DNA of 64,000 nucleotides from a virus. The notes beneath the pieces are model-generated. The model was not told the DNA's origin and did not search any database. It was given only the letters and a program-made list of their open reading frames with translations. Each line of letters starts with the position of its first letter. Positions within the stretch are counted from its first letter, which is position 1. This document shows, piece after piece, positions 29,565 through 39,125 of this stretch. The stretch covers positions 32,001 to 96,000 of IMG/VR virus record IMGVR_UViG_3300025530_000275. One strand, 5' to 3'. Position numbers and translations under genes: made by a program.

Positions 29565-30170
29565 TTATTTTTTCTTACGTACTTGTTGTTTTTTGGTCTT
29601 AGGCTTCTCCGTCGTCTGTTGATCTTCTTCGGGTTCGCCAGTTTGACCATCTCCCGCCTCAGTGGATTCATTCTGTTCAGAATTTGACTCGTTATCGGAA
29701 TCACTGGGATCGGAAACTTCACCAATCGGTTGTTCCGGCTCAGTCGGTTCAGATTGTTGTCCATCGGTATCCACGGGATCTTCAGTCTTAGGCGTCTCGT
29801 CTTCCGGTTCCTTAGGAGGTTGTTCAGTATTTTTGTCTTCCTCTTTAGGAGGAGCCTTGGGAGGATCGACAGTTTTTACACCCTTCTCCCACGGGAATAC
29901 CTTTCCAGGATTTTGTTCTTTCCAAATTTCCTCGAAAGATTTGCGATAGTTCGATTTGTTGAGAAGAACTCTGAGAGAATGGTCTTTTTCATAAACTTCA
30001 TACATAGCAGTAACCTTTGAAATGTTCAAAAGCTGCCCAATTGTTTCTACAGGAAATCTAGAAGGTTTGTAGATCGGGCTCTGAAAGCCGAACCCAATAG
30101 GGGAGAGTTCTCGATTTAAGTCATTGATAACAATGAGTTTATGAGTAGGTGCGTTTGACATTGTATTCAA
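29565..30170 (-). CDS. hypothetical protein with acidic Pro-rich tail
   Basis: 201 aa, RBS AAGGAG. Confidence 0.7.
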   Translation of the reverse strand: MNTMSNAPTHKLIVINDLNRELSPIGFGFQSPIYKPSRFPVETIGQLLNISKVTAMYEVYEKDHSLRVLLNKSNYRKSFEEIWKEQNPGKVFPWEKGVKTVDPPKAPPKEEDKNTEQPPKEPEDETPKTEDPVDTDGQQSEPTEPEQPIGEVSDPSDSDNESNSEQNESTEAGDGQTGEPEEDQQTTEKPKTKKQQVRKKK

Positions 30171-30190
30171 CTCCTTAATTTGTTTTTGTA

Positions 30191-30532
30191 TTACTTACAG
30201 TCGCTACAGTCGTCTTTGTTGATAGATTCAAGCTTTTCCATGATGTGACTAGCAAGAGAATTCAATTCCTCGTTACTCATGTTTTCAACATCTTTATTCT
30301 TGATAATATCATCAATAACTTGATTTTCTTCAGGAGTGAGATCGAACTCATCGCTATCGTCCAGATCAACGAGAAGTCCTACATCATTAACAGAGATTTC
30401 TCCAGTTTCTTCATCCTCATCAACATCGAGGACACATTCGCGGATGATTCTATTATGCATAGCATCGATTTCTTTCTTTCGACGTTCCCGCGCAAGTGCT
30501 CCAAACATATTTGTACCACCTTTCTCAAACAT
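30191..30532 (-). CDS. small acidic protein (start probably second ATG, ~30508)
   Basis: RBS AAAGGTGG precedes MFGALARE. Confidence 0.65.
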   Translation of the reverse strand: MFEKGGTNMFGALARERRKKEIDAMHNRIIRECVLDVDEDEETGEISVNDVGLLVDLDDSDEFDLTPEENQVIDDIIKNKDVENMSNEELNSLASHIMEKLESINKDDCSDCK

Positions 30533-30565
30533 ATTAAGCTTCTTATTGGTTTGTTGCTATAATAA

Positions 30566-31777
30566 TTATTTTAACAATGCCTTTATTTTCACTTTCAGAA
30601 TAAATAAAACGTATGGTATCAGGTAAAATCTTTCAATATCATTCGCTTCATAGTCATCTATTACCGAATTAAATTCTTCTATAGTTATTTCCTCATTATT
30701 ATATGCTTTAGCTATGACCAATTTTAATCCGGAGAGGTCTTCATAGTCCTTATCTATCATTTTATTTATAAATTCATAATCGAGCACTTTAATAAATTTA
30801 TTAAGATTTTCCTCATCTTCTTTATACACAAATTCTACGGATTGGAAAAGATCAATATCTTCAATCTCTTTGAATAGGCTTACGGCTAATGGTCTGAAAA
30901 GCACATAAGCATTCTTATCCCTCTCCATGGATTTGGTTATAAATTTCTGGAGAAAGAATGTTCTATTATATAAGCGATTATGCTTTGGTTCAAAGGGTAT
31001 CGGAGTCTCGAACGCAAAAATTAACTCCAATACCTCATCAAAGTAAATTACTCTATTATCCATCAAAAATTTTATCAAATATTTACAAGTTCCCATACCG
31101 GGAAGCTCATCGGATAATATATCCGGGGTTCTTAAATATCCAATACTGTCATCATAGTTTTCTTCAAGATATCTTGTAAGAATTTTTGAGTATGAATCAG
31201 TGCATTTTTCCAGGATGTTATAGTCTTCACGTCTTATAATAGCCTTATCTTCTGTACCAATATTTCTATAGATAGTATCATAAACTTCAGTGACCTGGTT
31301 TTCAATCTTCTTTGATCTAGAAGTTGGTACTACTGAATAATCTATAATATAATGATCTTCGCCTTTAATGGCCCTAATCTGAACATCAGTTACTATAAAT
31401 ATTATCTCAGAATTAAATGAGGGAATTATAAATGCGTCGCCTGCAACTGGCCTAATGGTTTGGTTAAGCATCATACACTGATCAGAATATTCAGTATAAG
31501 TACCATTTACCTCATCGTAAGTAATAGTTGCAGTGATAGCATTTACTGCAAATAATGGAAAGTTAAAAATCTTATTATATCTTACAGGAGAATCATCTCC
31601 AACATAAGACATTATATCCCTAGTACCAATCTCAGCCGTAGATTCCGCATTATTGATTGAAAAATAGGTACATGGAACTGGGTTAGTATCTAGGAATCTT
31701 GCGAATTGACTAAGGTTTCTCTCTTGTCGTAACCTGGCCTGAGACTCAATTAGATTTTGTACATCTAATACTCTCAT
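30566..31777 (-). CDS. virion neck / head-completion protein (putative)
   Basis: TYFSIN...SPVRYNKI.NFPL...P.AGD.F pattern; late promoter. Confidence 0.5.
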   Translation of the reverse strand: MRVLDVQNLIESQARLRQERNLSQFARFLDTNPVPCTYFSINNAESTAEIGTRDIMSYVGDDSPVRYNKIFNFPLFAVNAITATITYDEVNGTYTEYSDQCMMLNQTIRPVAGDAFIIPSFNSEIIFIVTDVQIRAIKGEDHYIIDYSVVPTSRSKKIENQVTEVYDTIYRNIGTEDKAIIRREDYNILEKCTDSYSKILTRYLEENYDDSIGYLRTPDILSDELPGMGTCKYLIKFLMDNRVIYFDEVLELIFAFETPIPFEPKHNRLYNRTFFLQKFITKSMERDKNAYVLFRPLAVSLFKEIEDIDLFQSVEFVYKEDEENLNKFIKVLDYEFINKMIDKDYEDLSGLKLVIAKAYNNEEITIEEFNSVIDDYEANDIERFYLIPYVLFILKVKIKALLK

Positions 31778-31852
31778 ACTTATACACCTCTTTATAATAT
31801 TTTATGCGTCGTATTATAATATTTTATATTTATTTTTTACAGTATTATCCGT

Positions 31853-31864
31853 TATTGAAGTGTT
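31853..31864 (-). promoter_or_regulatory. late-type promoter AACA-N6-TA
   Basis: AACACTTCAATA; a divergent AACT-N6-TA variant at 31866-31877 (+) faces the next gene. Confidence 0.6.
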
Positions 31865-31925
31865 TAACTTGAAGATAGTACAATAGGGAATTATTTTCCG
31901 GAAAATAAAAAATAGGAGGTAAAAT

Positions 31926-32798
31926 ATGAACCTGGCAGAAAAGCTTAAGCTTATACAGGAAGGTTATTCATTAGAAGATATTAATTCCGGTAGTATTAGT
32001 TTAGGGGCTTTAGTTGAATCCTATAATGATGATTTCACATCTTTCTATGAATCTATAGTAGCTGATCTTAATCATATAAGTCAATTTAACTTTAATATTA
32101 TTAATGAGAGCGAAAATAGGAATATAATAAAGAGATTCATTGATTGGGTAATCGAAAAACTCCGTCAATTTAAAATGTTTATACGAAATCTTTTCAAGAA
32201 AAGACAAGAGGAAATAGTAAAAAAAGAATTTTCCGATGTTAAGAAGCGGGTTGATGCTGGTATTGAATTTAAACCTTTTATGGTATCTAATAATTTAGAA
32301 AAAATAATAAATTCTCCTGACGAGGCTATAGATATTTTGAAAAAAGTATTTGATCAATTTGAAGAAATAAGCGTATCGTTTATGGATAATGCTTATAAAG
32401 GATATAATGATACTATAACCCCTGATACTGATATTGTAAAATTTCAGGCAATCATATGGAATAAGATTCTCGGAAATAATAAAATCGTAGAATCGAATAA
32501 TATAACTGAAAGTGCTATTGATAAATTATTAGGAAAATCCTCTATAATCAGAATATCAACTACGACTCAAATAGAAAATATAGTAAGATTTGCAGACAAA
32601 TTTTATACACTATGGGAAGATGTTAATCAGTCCCTGACATATTATGAAAAACAATTAAAGCAACTTGGAGAGTTCGCAGATGATGGGTTTAAGATAATTA
32701 AACTTATTTGTGAAACATTACTCCAAACTCTTCCTGAAATAATTAGATACGTTGATTCTAATATAAGAAGACTCTCAATAATCAAAAAATATCTATAA
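31926..32798 (+). CDS. internal head protein paralog (EGYSL leader family)
   Basis: MNLAEKLKLIQEGYSLEDI; INE-S; IIKRFIDWVIEKLRQFKMFIRNLF. Confidence 0.65.
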   Translation: MNLAEKLKLIQEGYSLEDINSGSISLGALVESYNDDFTSFYESIVADLNHISQFNFNIINESENRNIIKRFIDWVIEKLRQFKMFIRNLFKKRQEEIVKKEFSDVKKRVDAGIEFKPFMVSNNLEKIINSPDEAIDILKKVFDQFEEISVSFMDNAYKGYNDTITPDTDIVKFQAIIWNKILGNNKIVESNNITESAIDKLLGKSSIIRISTTTQIENIVRFADKFYTLWEDVNQSLTYYEKQLKQLGEFADDGFKIIKLICETLLQTLPEIIRYVDSNIRRLSIIKKYL

Positions 32799-32816
32799 AA
32801 GTAGGAGGGCCATGAA

Positions 32817-33785
32817 TTGAACATAGCTGATCAACTTCGATTGATTAAAGAGGGATATTCATTGGATGACATTAGTGCCATCTCACCCTCTTATTTTACT
32901 CAAGAATCTGTACTAGATAAATTTATTATTGATAGTGAATATTTATCAGAAACGGCCTACGGATTTATAACTGAAAGTGCAGGTGGCATTGTATCATATA
33001 TAAAGAAATTTTTTGAATGGCTGAAGCAAAAAGTGATGCAGTTTTTAAATTTTATAAAATCAAAATTTCAGCCTGAAAAACGATTTGATAACATTTCAAC
33101 GAAACTCAGGGTGATGAGTAATAAGATTACTAAAAATACTGTTTATGAAATCGAAATGCGATCAAATATTTATAACAAAGATGATGATTATGTAGGAAAT
33201 ATCAAAAAACTCTTTTATGAGACCAGAGATCATCTGGTAGGCATTCTGGATGATACTATATACACTTCAAAAGTAGTAACTCTTGGAGACTCATTCGTTA
33301 ATGACGAGAATAAATTTATCAATCTTATCTTTAAGACTGTATTTAATATCGAATTTGATGATGAACAGATAATTCAAAAGTTTTATGGTCAGAACAAAAA
33401 GGTTTTAGTTATATTTAAAAATATAGATCAGATTGTGGATAAAATATACCATATGAAAAAACAACAGCAAGAGATGATTAATTTTATTAATACACAAATC
33501 CCTAGAGAAATGAGAGCATATAAAGATAATGTAGATAAAGTGGTTGAAGAACTTCTTCAAAATTATAATAAATACACTGATATGGGGAATTATGAAAAAG
33601 CATATGAATATCACGTAATGTTGGACAAATATACAGTCAAACTTCAGAAGTTTCTAAAAATATTTAATCATACTATAAAAATGACTACAAAGATGTTAGA
33701 TATTCATAAGCAGATGACCTCTGAGCTTAGTGATGTGGTAGATAGTTTAATTAATATGATAGATTCTAAACCCAAAACTTCATAA
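32817..33785 (+). CDS. internal head protein paralog (EGYSL leader family)
   Basis: MNIADQLRLIKEGYSLDDI; ITE-S; IKKFFEWLKQKVMQFLNFIKSKF. Confidence 0.65.
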   Translation: MNIADQLRLIKEGYSLDDISAISPSYFTQESVLDKFIIDSEYLSETAYGFITESAGGIVSYIKKFFEWLKQKVMQFLNFIKSKFQPEKRFDNISTKLRVMSNKITKNTVYEIEMRSNIYNKDDDYVGNIKKLFYETRDHLVGILDDTIYTSKVVTLGDSFVNDENKFINLIFKTVFNIEFDDEQIIQKFYGQNKKVLVIFKNIDQIVDKIYHMKKQQQEMINFINTQIPREMRAYKDNVDKVVEELLQNYNKYTDMGNYEKAYEYHVMLDKYTVKLQKFLKIFNHTIKMTTKMLDIHKQMTSELSDVVDSLINMIDSKPKTS

Positions 33786-33836
33786 GAAAAAAAAATAATA
33801 ATCCCGATCCTTCCTATACTGGATGGATCGGGATTA

Positions 33837-34886
33837 TTAATTCCAAATATAATTTTCTTGAACTTCAATTTCCTTTTTACTAACTCCAAAATCTTTGTGC
33901 ATCTTATTGTAATAAACATACATTTCTAGGCTATTAGTAAATTTTTTTATATTCTTATAGATTCTTTCATAGTAAGAAAGTTCAATTCCTTCATCCGAAT
34001 ATATCTTTATCACAAGATCTAATAATCCATATTGTCTTATATAATGATTTATAGTTTTCTCATATGATGAACCTGAGACTGAGCAATATATTTTATTGAA
34101 CGTATCCTCATTTTCTAAATTATAAAAAACGGATATAATATCGAATGTTCCTTCAGCCATTATCAGCTCTATAGGGGAGTCTGATAATAAATCTATTTTA
34201 GTTGGGATATTATAAGTTTTGAACTTATCAATATCGTCATCATCTTCAAAGATGTTCACTATGGTGTACCTTCTTATTTTTTCAGTACCTGTTACATTTC
34301 TTATAATTACATAATCGTTATAAGTTGATATAAATCCTATCCCATGATCGGATAGGTTCTTATAATAATATTCCTTATTTTTTGACACTTTTACATCATT
34401 ATACTTAAATAGCTCATTCATATTAGTGTGTATTTTCAGCCGAAAAAGATCATCAAATGAAAGATCTAACCCTAATCTTTTATTTATATATTTTAACTTC
34501 GCCTTTGATAATTTATCTTTTGGTGAAGGGAAATTCTTAATATAACGTGTACTTTTTTCTATAAATCGTTTTTCTTTTGACCTCTGCTTATTCAAATTAT
34601 TAAGATAAACATTTGCTTCGTAATTGTTACAATCAATCATTCTAAGAAAATCCGGAGTCACATAACCTTTTGTCTGACCTTGTCGACAGGAGGCCCTGAA
34701 GCATTTATATAGAAACCGGGGTTTCTCTTTCGTTGGAATTGATATATAAAATGAACGTTCCTTTTTTCTCCCGCCATTACAGTATGGGCATATTGAAACG
34801 ATTTCAGTTTTAGCAGTATTGAAATCTGCTTTTTCAAGAGAATTGAGTAATACTTTTGTGATATAATCTATTTTCTGGATATCCAT
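33837..34886 (-). CDS. DNA primase (Zn finger + Toprim)
   Basis: CPYC...CFRASC, AEGTFDIIS, IYSD, KDFG. Confidence 0.78.
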   Translation of the reverse strand: MDIQKIDYITKVLLNSLEKADFNTAKTEIVSICPYCNGGRKKERSFYISIPTKEKPRFLYKCFRASCRQGQTKGYVTPDFLRMIDCNNYEANVYLNNLNKQRSKEKRFIEKSTRYIKNFPSPKDKLSKAKLKYINKRLGLDLSFDDLFRLKIHTNMNELFKYNDVKVSKNKEYYYKNLSDHGIGFISTYNDYVIIRNVTGTEKIRRYTIVNIFEDDDDIDKFKTYNIPTKIDLLSDSPIELIMAEGTFDIISVFYNLENEDTFNKIYCSVSGSSYEKTINHYIRQYGLLDLVIKIYSDEGIELSYYERIYKNIKKFTNSLEMYVYYNKMHKDFGVSKKEIEVQENYIWN

Positions 34887-34947
34887 GATTTCACCTTCTT
34901 TCCATAAAAAGTTGATGCAAAATTATTAAATAACCCGCTCACAATAT

Positions 34948-34958
34948 AATAATATATA
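34948..34958 (-). promoter_or_regulatory. early-type promoter TATATATTATT
   Basis: Exact motif upstream of primase. Confidence 0.7.
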
Positions 34959-35148
34959 TTTGTATGAAGAAAAAAAAATAAACCGGTGTAGATATTTACC
35001 TACCGGTTCTAACATATGAATTTAAAATTCCTAATATTTTTGAAGAGCCTCCCATTTTACTTTTGGCAGAAGCTTAATGGAGCACTTCTTACATCAAAAA
35101 AAAATAATCGCCATGGTGTATTACCATGGCGTTATTTATAAGATTAAT

Positions 35149-35568
35149 TTAAAGGGTTACTATCTCATACTCCAGATTTTCTATTGCACCAGTTTCCGTT
35201 ATACAAGTAAAATCTTTTATATCTATTATCATATATTCATTAATAGTAATGGGATCTAATACCCAATATTCTCTATGAATAAGGGCATCTGGTACTCTGT
35301 CCGCTATTTCTTCAGGAGTTAAAATTCTTACATTATACTTTTCAGTATCGAGTATAAATACTTTAAATTTAGAGCCCACAGATGAGATATAATCTTCTAA
35401 TCCTCTTCCCCCATCTGGAATTGATCCTAAACATCCATTTATTGAATCACTAAAGCAGATCCTGGGAGTTATGCTATCTTCTTCATCATCATAAAATGCA
35501 CTATCGGGAATATCCGGAAAGAATTCCCCATCATGATCCAAATTTACTGATACGTGATATAGTATCAT
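35149..35568 (-). CDS. conserved phage hypothetical protein
   Basis: LYHVS..F.P.IP...ED..TPRICFS.SI.GCL...VPDA....EYW. Confidence 0.7.
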   Translation of the reverse strand: MILYHVSVNLDHDGEFFPDIPDSAFYDDEEDSITPRICFSDSINGCLGSIPDGGRGLEDYISSVGSKFKVFILDTEKYNVRILTPEEIADRVPDALIHREYWVLDPITINEYMIIDIKDFTCITETGAIENLEYEIVTL

Positions 35569-35570
35569 TA

Positions 35571-36287
35571 TTATAAGAAATTAACCGAATTATCAATTTT
35601 ATACTTGTCTAAAAACTTTTGAAGGGATATTTTCTCGGTTGTTCCATCATGATATAAGATTTTAAGTATTTTTTCTTCCCCGACGAGAAGATAAAACTTT
35701 ACCAGCATAAAATTTTCGATTGCTTTATTGTAAGCATCCTCTATTGTTAGAGTATACAACAGCTCGTTTATAGAATAAATATAATCTCTTAATCTATCCG
35801 GTAATGTCTCCCAAATGACATTCATGGACTCATGCTCGAATTCATCGGGCAAACAGAATTCATAGTCTCGTTCAAAGATAATAAATTTTATCTTAAGAAG
35901 TTTCTTAAAGGTTTTAATAGGAATTCTTTTACTCAAACCATTTCCAAGATCTACAAGAACAAATGCTTTAGGATATTTAGAAATGATTTTATTTATCTTA
36001 CGACGTTTAATTTTTCCTTTAAACCTGAAAAGCTCCTTAATTCCATCATTTCTATCATCATAAATGATATATGTTTCAGATGATGGATGTTGGAATTTTT
36101 TAGGACGCTTTTTCTTTTCAGGTAAATTCGCTTGATACGCTTCAAGAAGTTCAGCTTCAAGTTTTTTACTAGGTAGTGAACTTTTACCGGGAGTATTTTT
36201 CATTATATTTTCCAGAATTCTTTCGCCAAAAATGTTTGGCACTAACTGTACAGTTGACATACCTACCATACCTCTTTTCATTTTCAA
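35571..36287 (-). CDS. hypothetical protein (start possibly ATG ~36260)
   Basis: 238-aa ORF abutting next gene. Confidence 0.65.
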   Translation of the reverse strand: MKMKRGMVGMSTVQLVPNIFGERILENIMKNTPGKSSLPSKKLEAELLEAYQANLPEKKKRPKKFQHPSSETYIIYDDRNDGIKELFRFKGKIKRRKINKIISKYPKAFVLVDLGNGLSKRIPIKTFKKLLKIKFIIFERDYEFCLPDEFEHESMNVIWETLPDRLRDYIYSINELLYTLTIEDAYNKAIENFMLVKFYLLVGEEKILKILYHDGTTEKISLQKFLDKYKIDNSVNFL

Positions 36288-36335
36288 TTTAGAAACACAG
36301 CATAAAGAAAAAATATATGGGAGCGTGTATCTAAG

Positions 36336-36776
36336 ATGAAATTACAAGTTTTATTGGCAACTCTTATTTTGAACACCCATAACGTTAGAGTTCTTCACTG
36401 GAATGTTGTGGGCGTTGATTTCGACCCTGTTCATAAAATTCTTGATAAGTATTATAATACTTTGCAACAATTTACTGATGAAATTGCTGAAATTAGTTTG
36501 CAATTAAATATTCCTACGCTTGGTATGATCGATGCATTTAAAGTGTTAAAAGATGATGAAAAAGAATACATTAGCTTAAGCGGTTCTAAATTTTATAATT
36601 CAGTAGAAGTTTTTGAGCAAGTCGAGAAAATATTTTCTGGGCTTATTACTGCATATGAAGAAGCATGTAGAGATGAAAATATTCCTTCAGATATAAATAA
36701 TAAACTTGAAGAACATATTTACTACCTTCGGAAAGAGCTTAGATATAAAAATCGCAGTCGGCTTGGAAGAAATTAA
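36336..36776 (+). CDS. dps: Dps / ferritin-like protein
   Basis: LHWNVVGVDFDPVHKILDKYY...DEIAE ferroxidase signature. Confidence 0.85.
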   Translation: MKLQVLLATLILNTHNVRVLHWNVVGVDFDPVHKILDKYYNTLQQFTDEIAEISLQLNIPTLGMIDAFKVLKDDEKEYISLSGSKFYNSVEVFEQVEKIFSGLITAYEEACRDENIPSDINNKLEEHIYYLRKELRYKNRSRLGRN

Positions 36777-36855
36777 AAATTGAAAAACAGTCGCCTACTA
36801 TCAAATAGTGGGCGACTTATTTTTTATGAAAGAAGTTCAAGAGCTTGTTTCAGAA
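36734..36855 (+). repeat. direct repeat, left copy (122 bp)
   Basis: Near-identical to 38109-38233; spans dps 3' end, terminator and 3' end of convergent gene. Confidence 0.95.
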
Positions 36856-37029
36856 CGGCTGGCTTGCAAGGGATTATAATTTTAATTGCAACGTTGCAAC
36901 TCGGTGTAACGCCAGCTCTCCTTTTCGCCGTTAGCTAAGATTATATTTTTTGGTTTTCACAAAAATAAAAATGAAATTAATAAACAATTGTAACTCCTCC
37001 TAAAAATTTACTTATTTCTATTTCATAAA

Positions 37030-37040
37030 AATAATATATA
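37030..37040 (-). promoter_or_regulatory. early-type promoter TATATATTATT inside the insertion
   Basis: Exact motif followed by AGGAGGAG RBS. Confidence 0.65.
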
Positions 37041-37239
37041 TTTATAATAATAAATCCAAAAATAATAAAAAAAAATAAATGGGTTAGATTTCTAACCCAT
37101 TTTATTTGAAATGATGCGGCATGGGTTGAGGGAGCAGCGCCGAGTCATCACTCGCCCTCAGCGATGGGGGTGAGTTCTTCGTTTTTTGCCGATCACATTG
37201 ACGATCGGTCTATACTCGCCTAGCGCACCGCTTCCGCCG

Positions 37240-37998
37240 TCACACAGTCACGTCCCTAAAGCGCAGGCGGATGTACTGGATCAGCGCCAGATACTCCTCG
37301 CCGTGGCGGTTGCCGTCGTGTCTGCTCTTGACTGCGGCCTCGAACTCATCCAGCGTGCCGCGGAAGCATCCACGCGTTACCTCGATTTCGCCATCTTTCC
37401 TTGTATATACAGTTATAGTGCCGTTTTCTAAGCCGACAGAGCTGGCCCAGAAAACGTGTTTGATAGATTCGACCATCGCGTCGCCAGATACCCGAGCGTC
37501 GCCAGATACCCGAGCGTCGCCGTATACCCAAGCGTTGCCGGACACTTGAGCGTCTCCGGACACTTGGGTGTCACCGAACACCCGAGCGTCGCCGTATACC
37601 CAAGCGTTGCCGGACACACGAGCGTCTCCGGACACCCTCGCGTTGCCGGACACGCAAGCGTCATCTGACACCCGAGCGTCGCCAGACACCCGAGCGTCGC
37701 CGTATACCCAAGCGTTGCCGGACACCCTCGCGTTGCCGGACACACGAGCGTCTCCGGACACCCTCGCGTTGCCGGACACACGAGCGTCTCCGGACACCCT
37801 CGCGTTGTCGTAGACACAAGCTTGGTCTGACACCCAAGCTTTGCCTACTTGGTCAAGGTTTTTTTCGCTGGCGATCCAGCCGCCGAGATCGCCAACCTTA
37901 ACCCCGATCTCAGGGATGTCCTTGACGGCTTTAATTTGATATAGTGTGATTCCCGACCACGCCTTTTTGTTATCTGTAAGGATGTATTTTTTGGACAT
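37240..37998 (-). CDS. hexapeptide-repeat beta-helix protein of temperate-phage type
   Basis: LYQIKA..D...V..GDLGGWI..E.NL, 20 VSG(D/N)AR-type repeats, C-terminal TRGCFRGTLDEF...H; start set at ATG after GGAAGGAAAG. Confidence 0.85.
   Translation of the reverse strand: MSKKYILTDNKKAWSGITLYQIKAVKDIPEIGVKVGDLGGWIASEKNLDQVGKAWVSDQACVYDNARVSGDARVSGNARVSGDARVSGNARVSGNAWVYGDARVSGDARVSDDACVSGNARVSGDARVSGNAWVYGDARVFGDTQVSGDAQVSGNAWVYGDARVSGDARVSGDAMVESIKHVFWASSVGLENGTITVYTRKDGEIEVTRGCFRGTLDEFEAAVKSRHDGNRHGEEYLALIQYIRLRFRDVTV
37474..37833 (-). repeat. 18-bp coding tandem repeat x20
   Basis: 360 bp encoding VSGDAR/VSGNAR/VYGDAR/VSGNAW units. Confidence 0.95.
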
Positions 37999-38108
37999 TT
38001 TCTTTCCTTCCTTTCCGGCTCCATGGTATAATGGAGCCAAATATAGATTTTTGTTTTGCCGCCTTTTTAGGCAATTTTTCTTTTTACAGCTCCGCTTTGA
38101 CCTACGGC

Positions 38109-38233
38109 AGAGCTTAGATATAAAAATCGCAGTCGGCTTGGAAGAAATTAAAAATTGAAAAACAGTCGCCTACTATTTGATAGTAGGCGACTTATTTTTT
38201 TTTATGAAAGAAGTTCAAGAGCTTGTTTCAGAA
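38109..38233 (+). repeat. direct repeat, right copy (125 bp)
   Basis: Matches 36734-36855 except terminator loop, one stem base and T-run length. Confidence 0.95.
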
Positions 38234-38588
38234 GCTTCTTTGCCTTCTTAACTGACTCAATGTTATGCTTAGAAATATAATCATCCACCAACAAAGGAGA
38301 TTTCTTGTTTTTATGTTTTTGCTTTTTAGAAGATTTCTTATCCTTAACTTTATTGTGATGCTTCATTAGCGCTTCCGAATGTTTTTTAGATTTTTTCTTT
38401 TTATTGCCCTTCTTATCAGATTTTTTGAGCTTCTTCAATTCTATATAGAGTTCATTTTCAAAGTTCTTGATTTTGTCCTTTTTCTTACGTTTCTTCTTAG
38501 ACTTTTTAGATTTTTTCTTCGATAGCTTTTTGTAATTATCCGAGAGGATTCCATGTTTGCTGATTACAATTTTGATACTATCAGCCAT
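38202..38588 (-). CDS. lysine-rich protein
   Basis: 128 aa with poly-Lys tracts; RBS AAGGAG. Confidence 0.7.
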   Translation of the reverse strand: MADSIKIVISKHGILSDNYKKLSKKKSKKSKKKRKKKDKIKNFENELYIELKKLKKSDKKGNKKKKSKKHSEALMKHHNKVKDKKSSKKQKHKNKKSPLLVDDYISKHNIESVKKAKKLLKQALELLS

Positions 38589-38694
38589 ATTTTATTCTCC
38601 TTTACTATTTCTTTTTAGGGTCTAAAACCGATTTAGCGATGTTCAACATACCCTTAATTACTTTGATGATAAACACTTCTCCTCATCCTCCTTT

Positions 38695-39057
38695 TTATAT
38701 CTCGGCTAAAAGGTCTGTAAATACCGGATAATAATTTAGAATGCAGAGTGCCTGATCTTCATCAAATCTAAATTTATATCTGGTATCCCAGAACCCAACT
38801 TGAATATTATCTATATAAATTTTTTGCATTCCGTCGTCATATCTCATTAGTAAGCGACCTTGTTCAGTAAATAATCTAAAATAGTCTATATTTTCGCCCC
38901 TATAGCCAATATGTTTATCTACCAATCTTTTAAGCCATTTTTCATATTTTTTAGAGATTTTACCTATCAAAATATCATGTACTTTATTTAGCGCATCAAT
39001 ACTAGATCCTTTTTGTAAACCTCTTGGTAACTTAAAGTATACTTGAACAATATCCAC
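38695..39057 (-). CDS. hypothetical protein
   Basis: 120 aa, RBS GAGAGG. Confidence 0.7.
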   Translation of the reverse strand: MDIVQVYFKLPRGLQKGSSIDALNKVHDILIGKISKKYEKWLKRLVDKHIGYRGENIDYFRLFTEQGRLLMRYDDGMQKIYIDNIQVGFWDTRYKFRFDEDQALCILNYYPVFTDLLAEI

Positions 39058-39125
39058 TTAGATCTTTCCTCTCTTTAACTTAATTAATTAAAAAAGAGAT
39101 AGGTCATATGACCTATCTCTAATTT

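Larger units (their letters stand above)
36856..38108. mobile_element. 1253-bp insertion with GC-rich foreign DNA
   Basis: Bounded by direct repeats; 37110-38108 is far more GC-rich than flanks; no transposase or integrase. Confidence 0.7.

Noticed and set aside
29474-29764. 96-aa Arg/Asn-rich ORF ending at rusA start
   Set aside because: Alternate frame of the acidic tail of 29565..30170; no RBS
37186-37817. Overlapping ORFs in other frames of the repeat gene
   Set aside because: By-products of GC-rich tandem repeats
37474-37833. CRISPR array or DGR-like repeat
   Set aside because: Contiguous in-frame 18-bp coding repeats without unique spacers; no RT or Cas genes
36856-38108. IS element or transposon
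   Set aside because: No transposase or terminal inverted repeats; flanking repeat too long for a TSD
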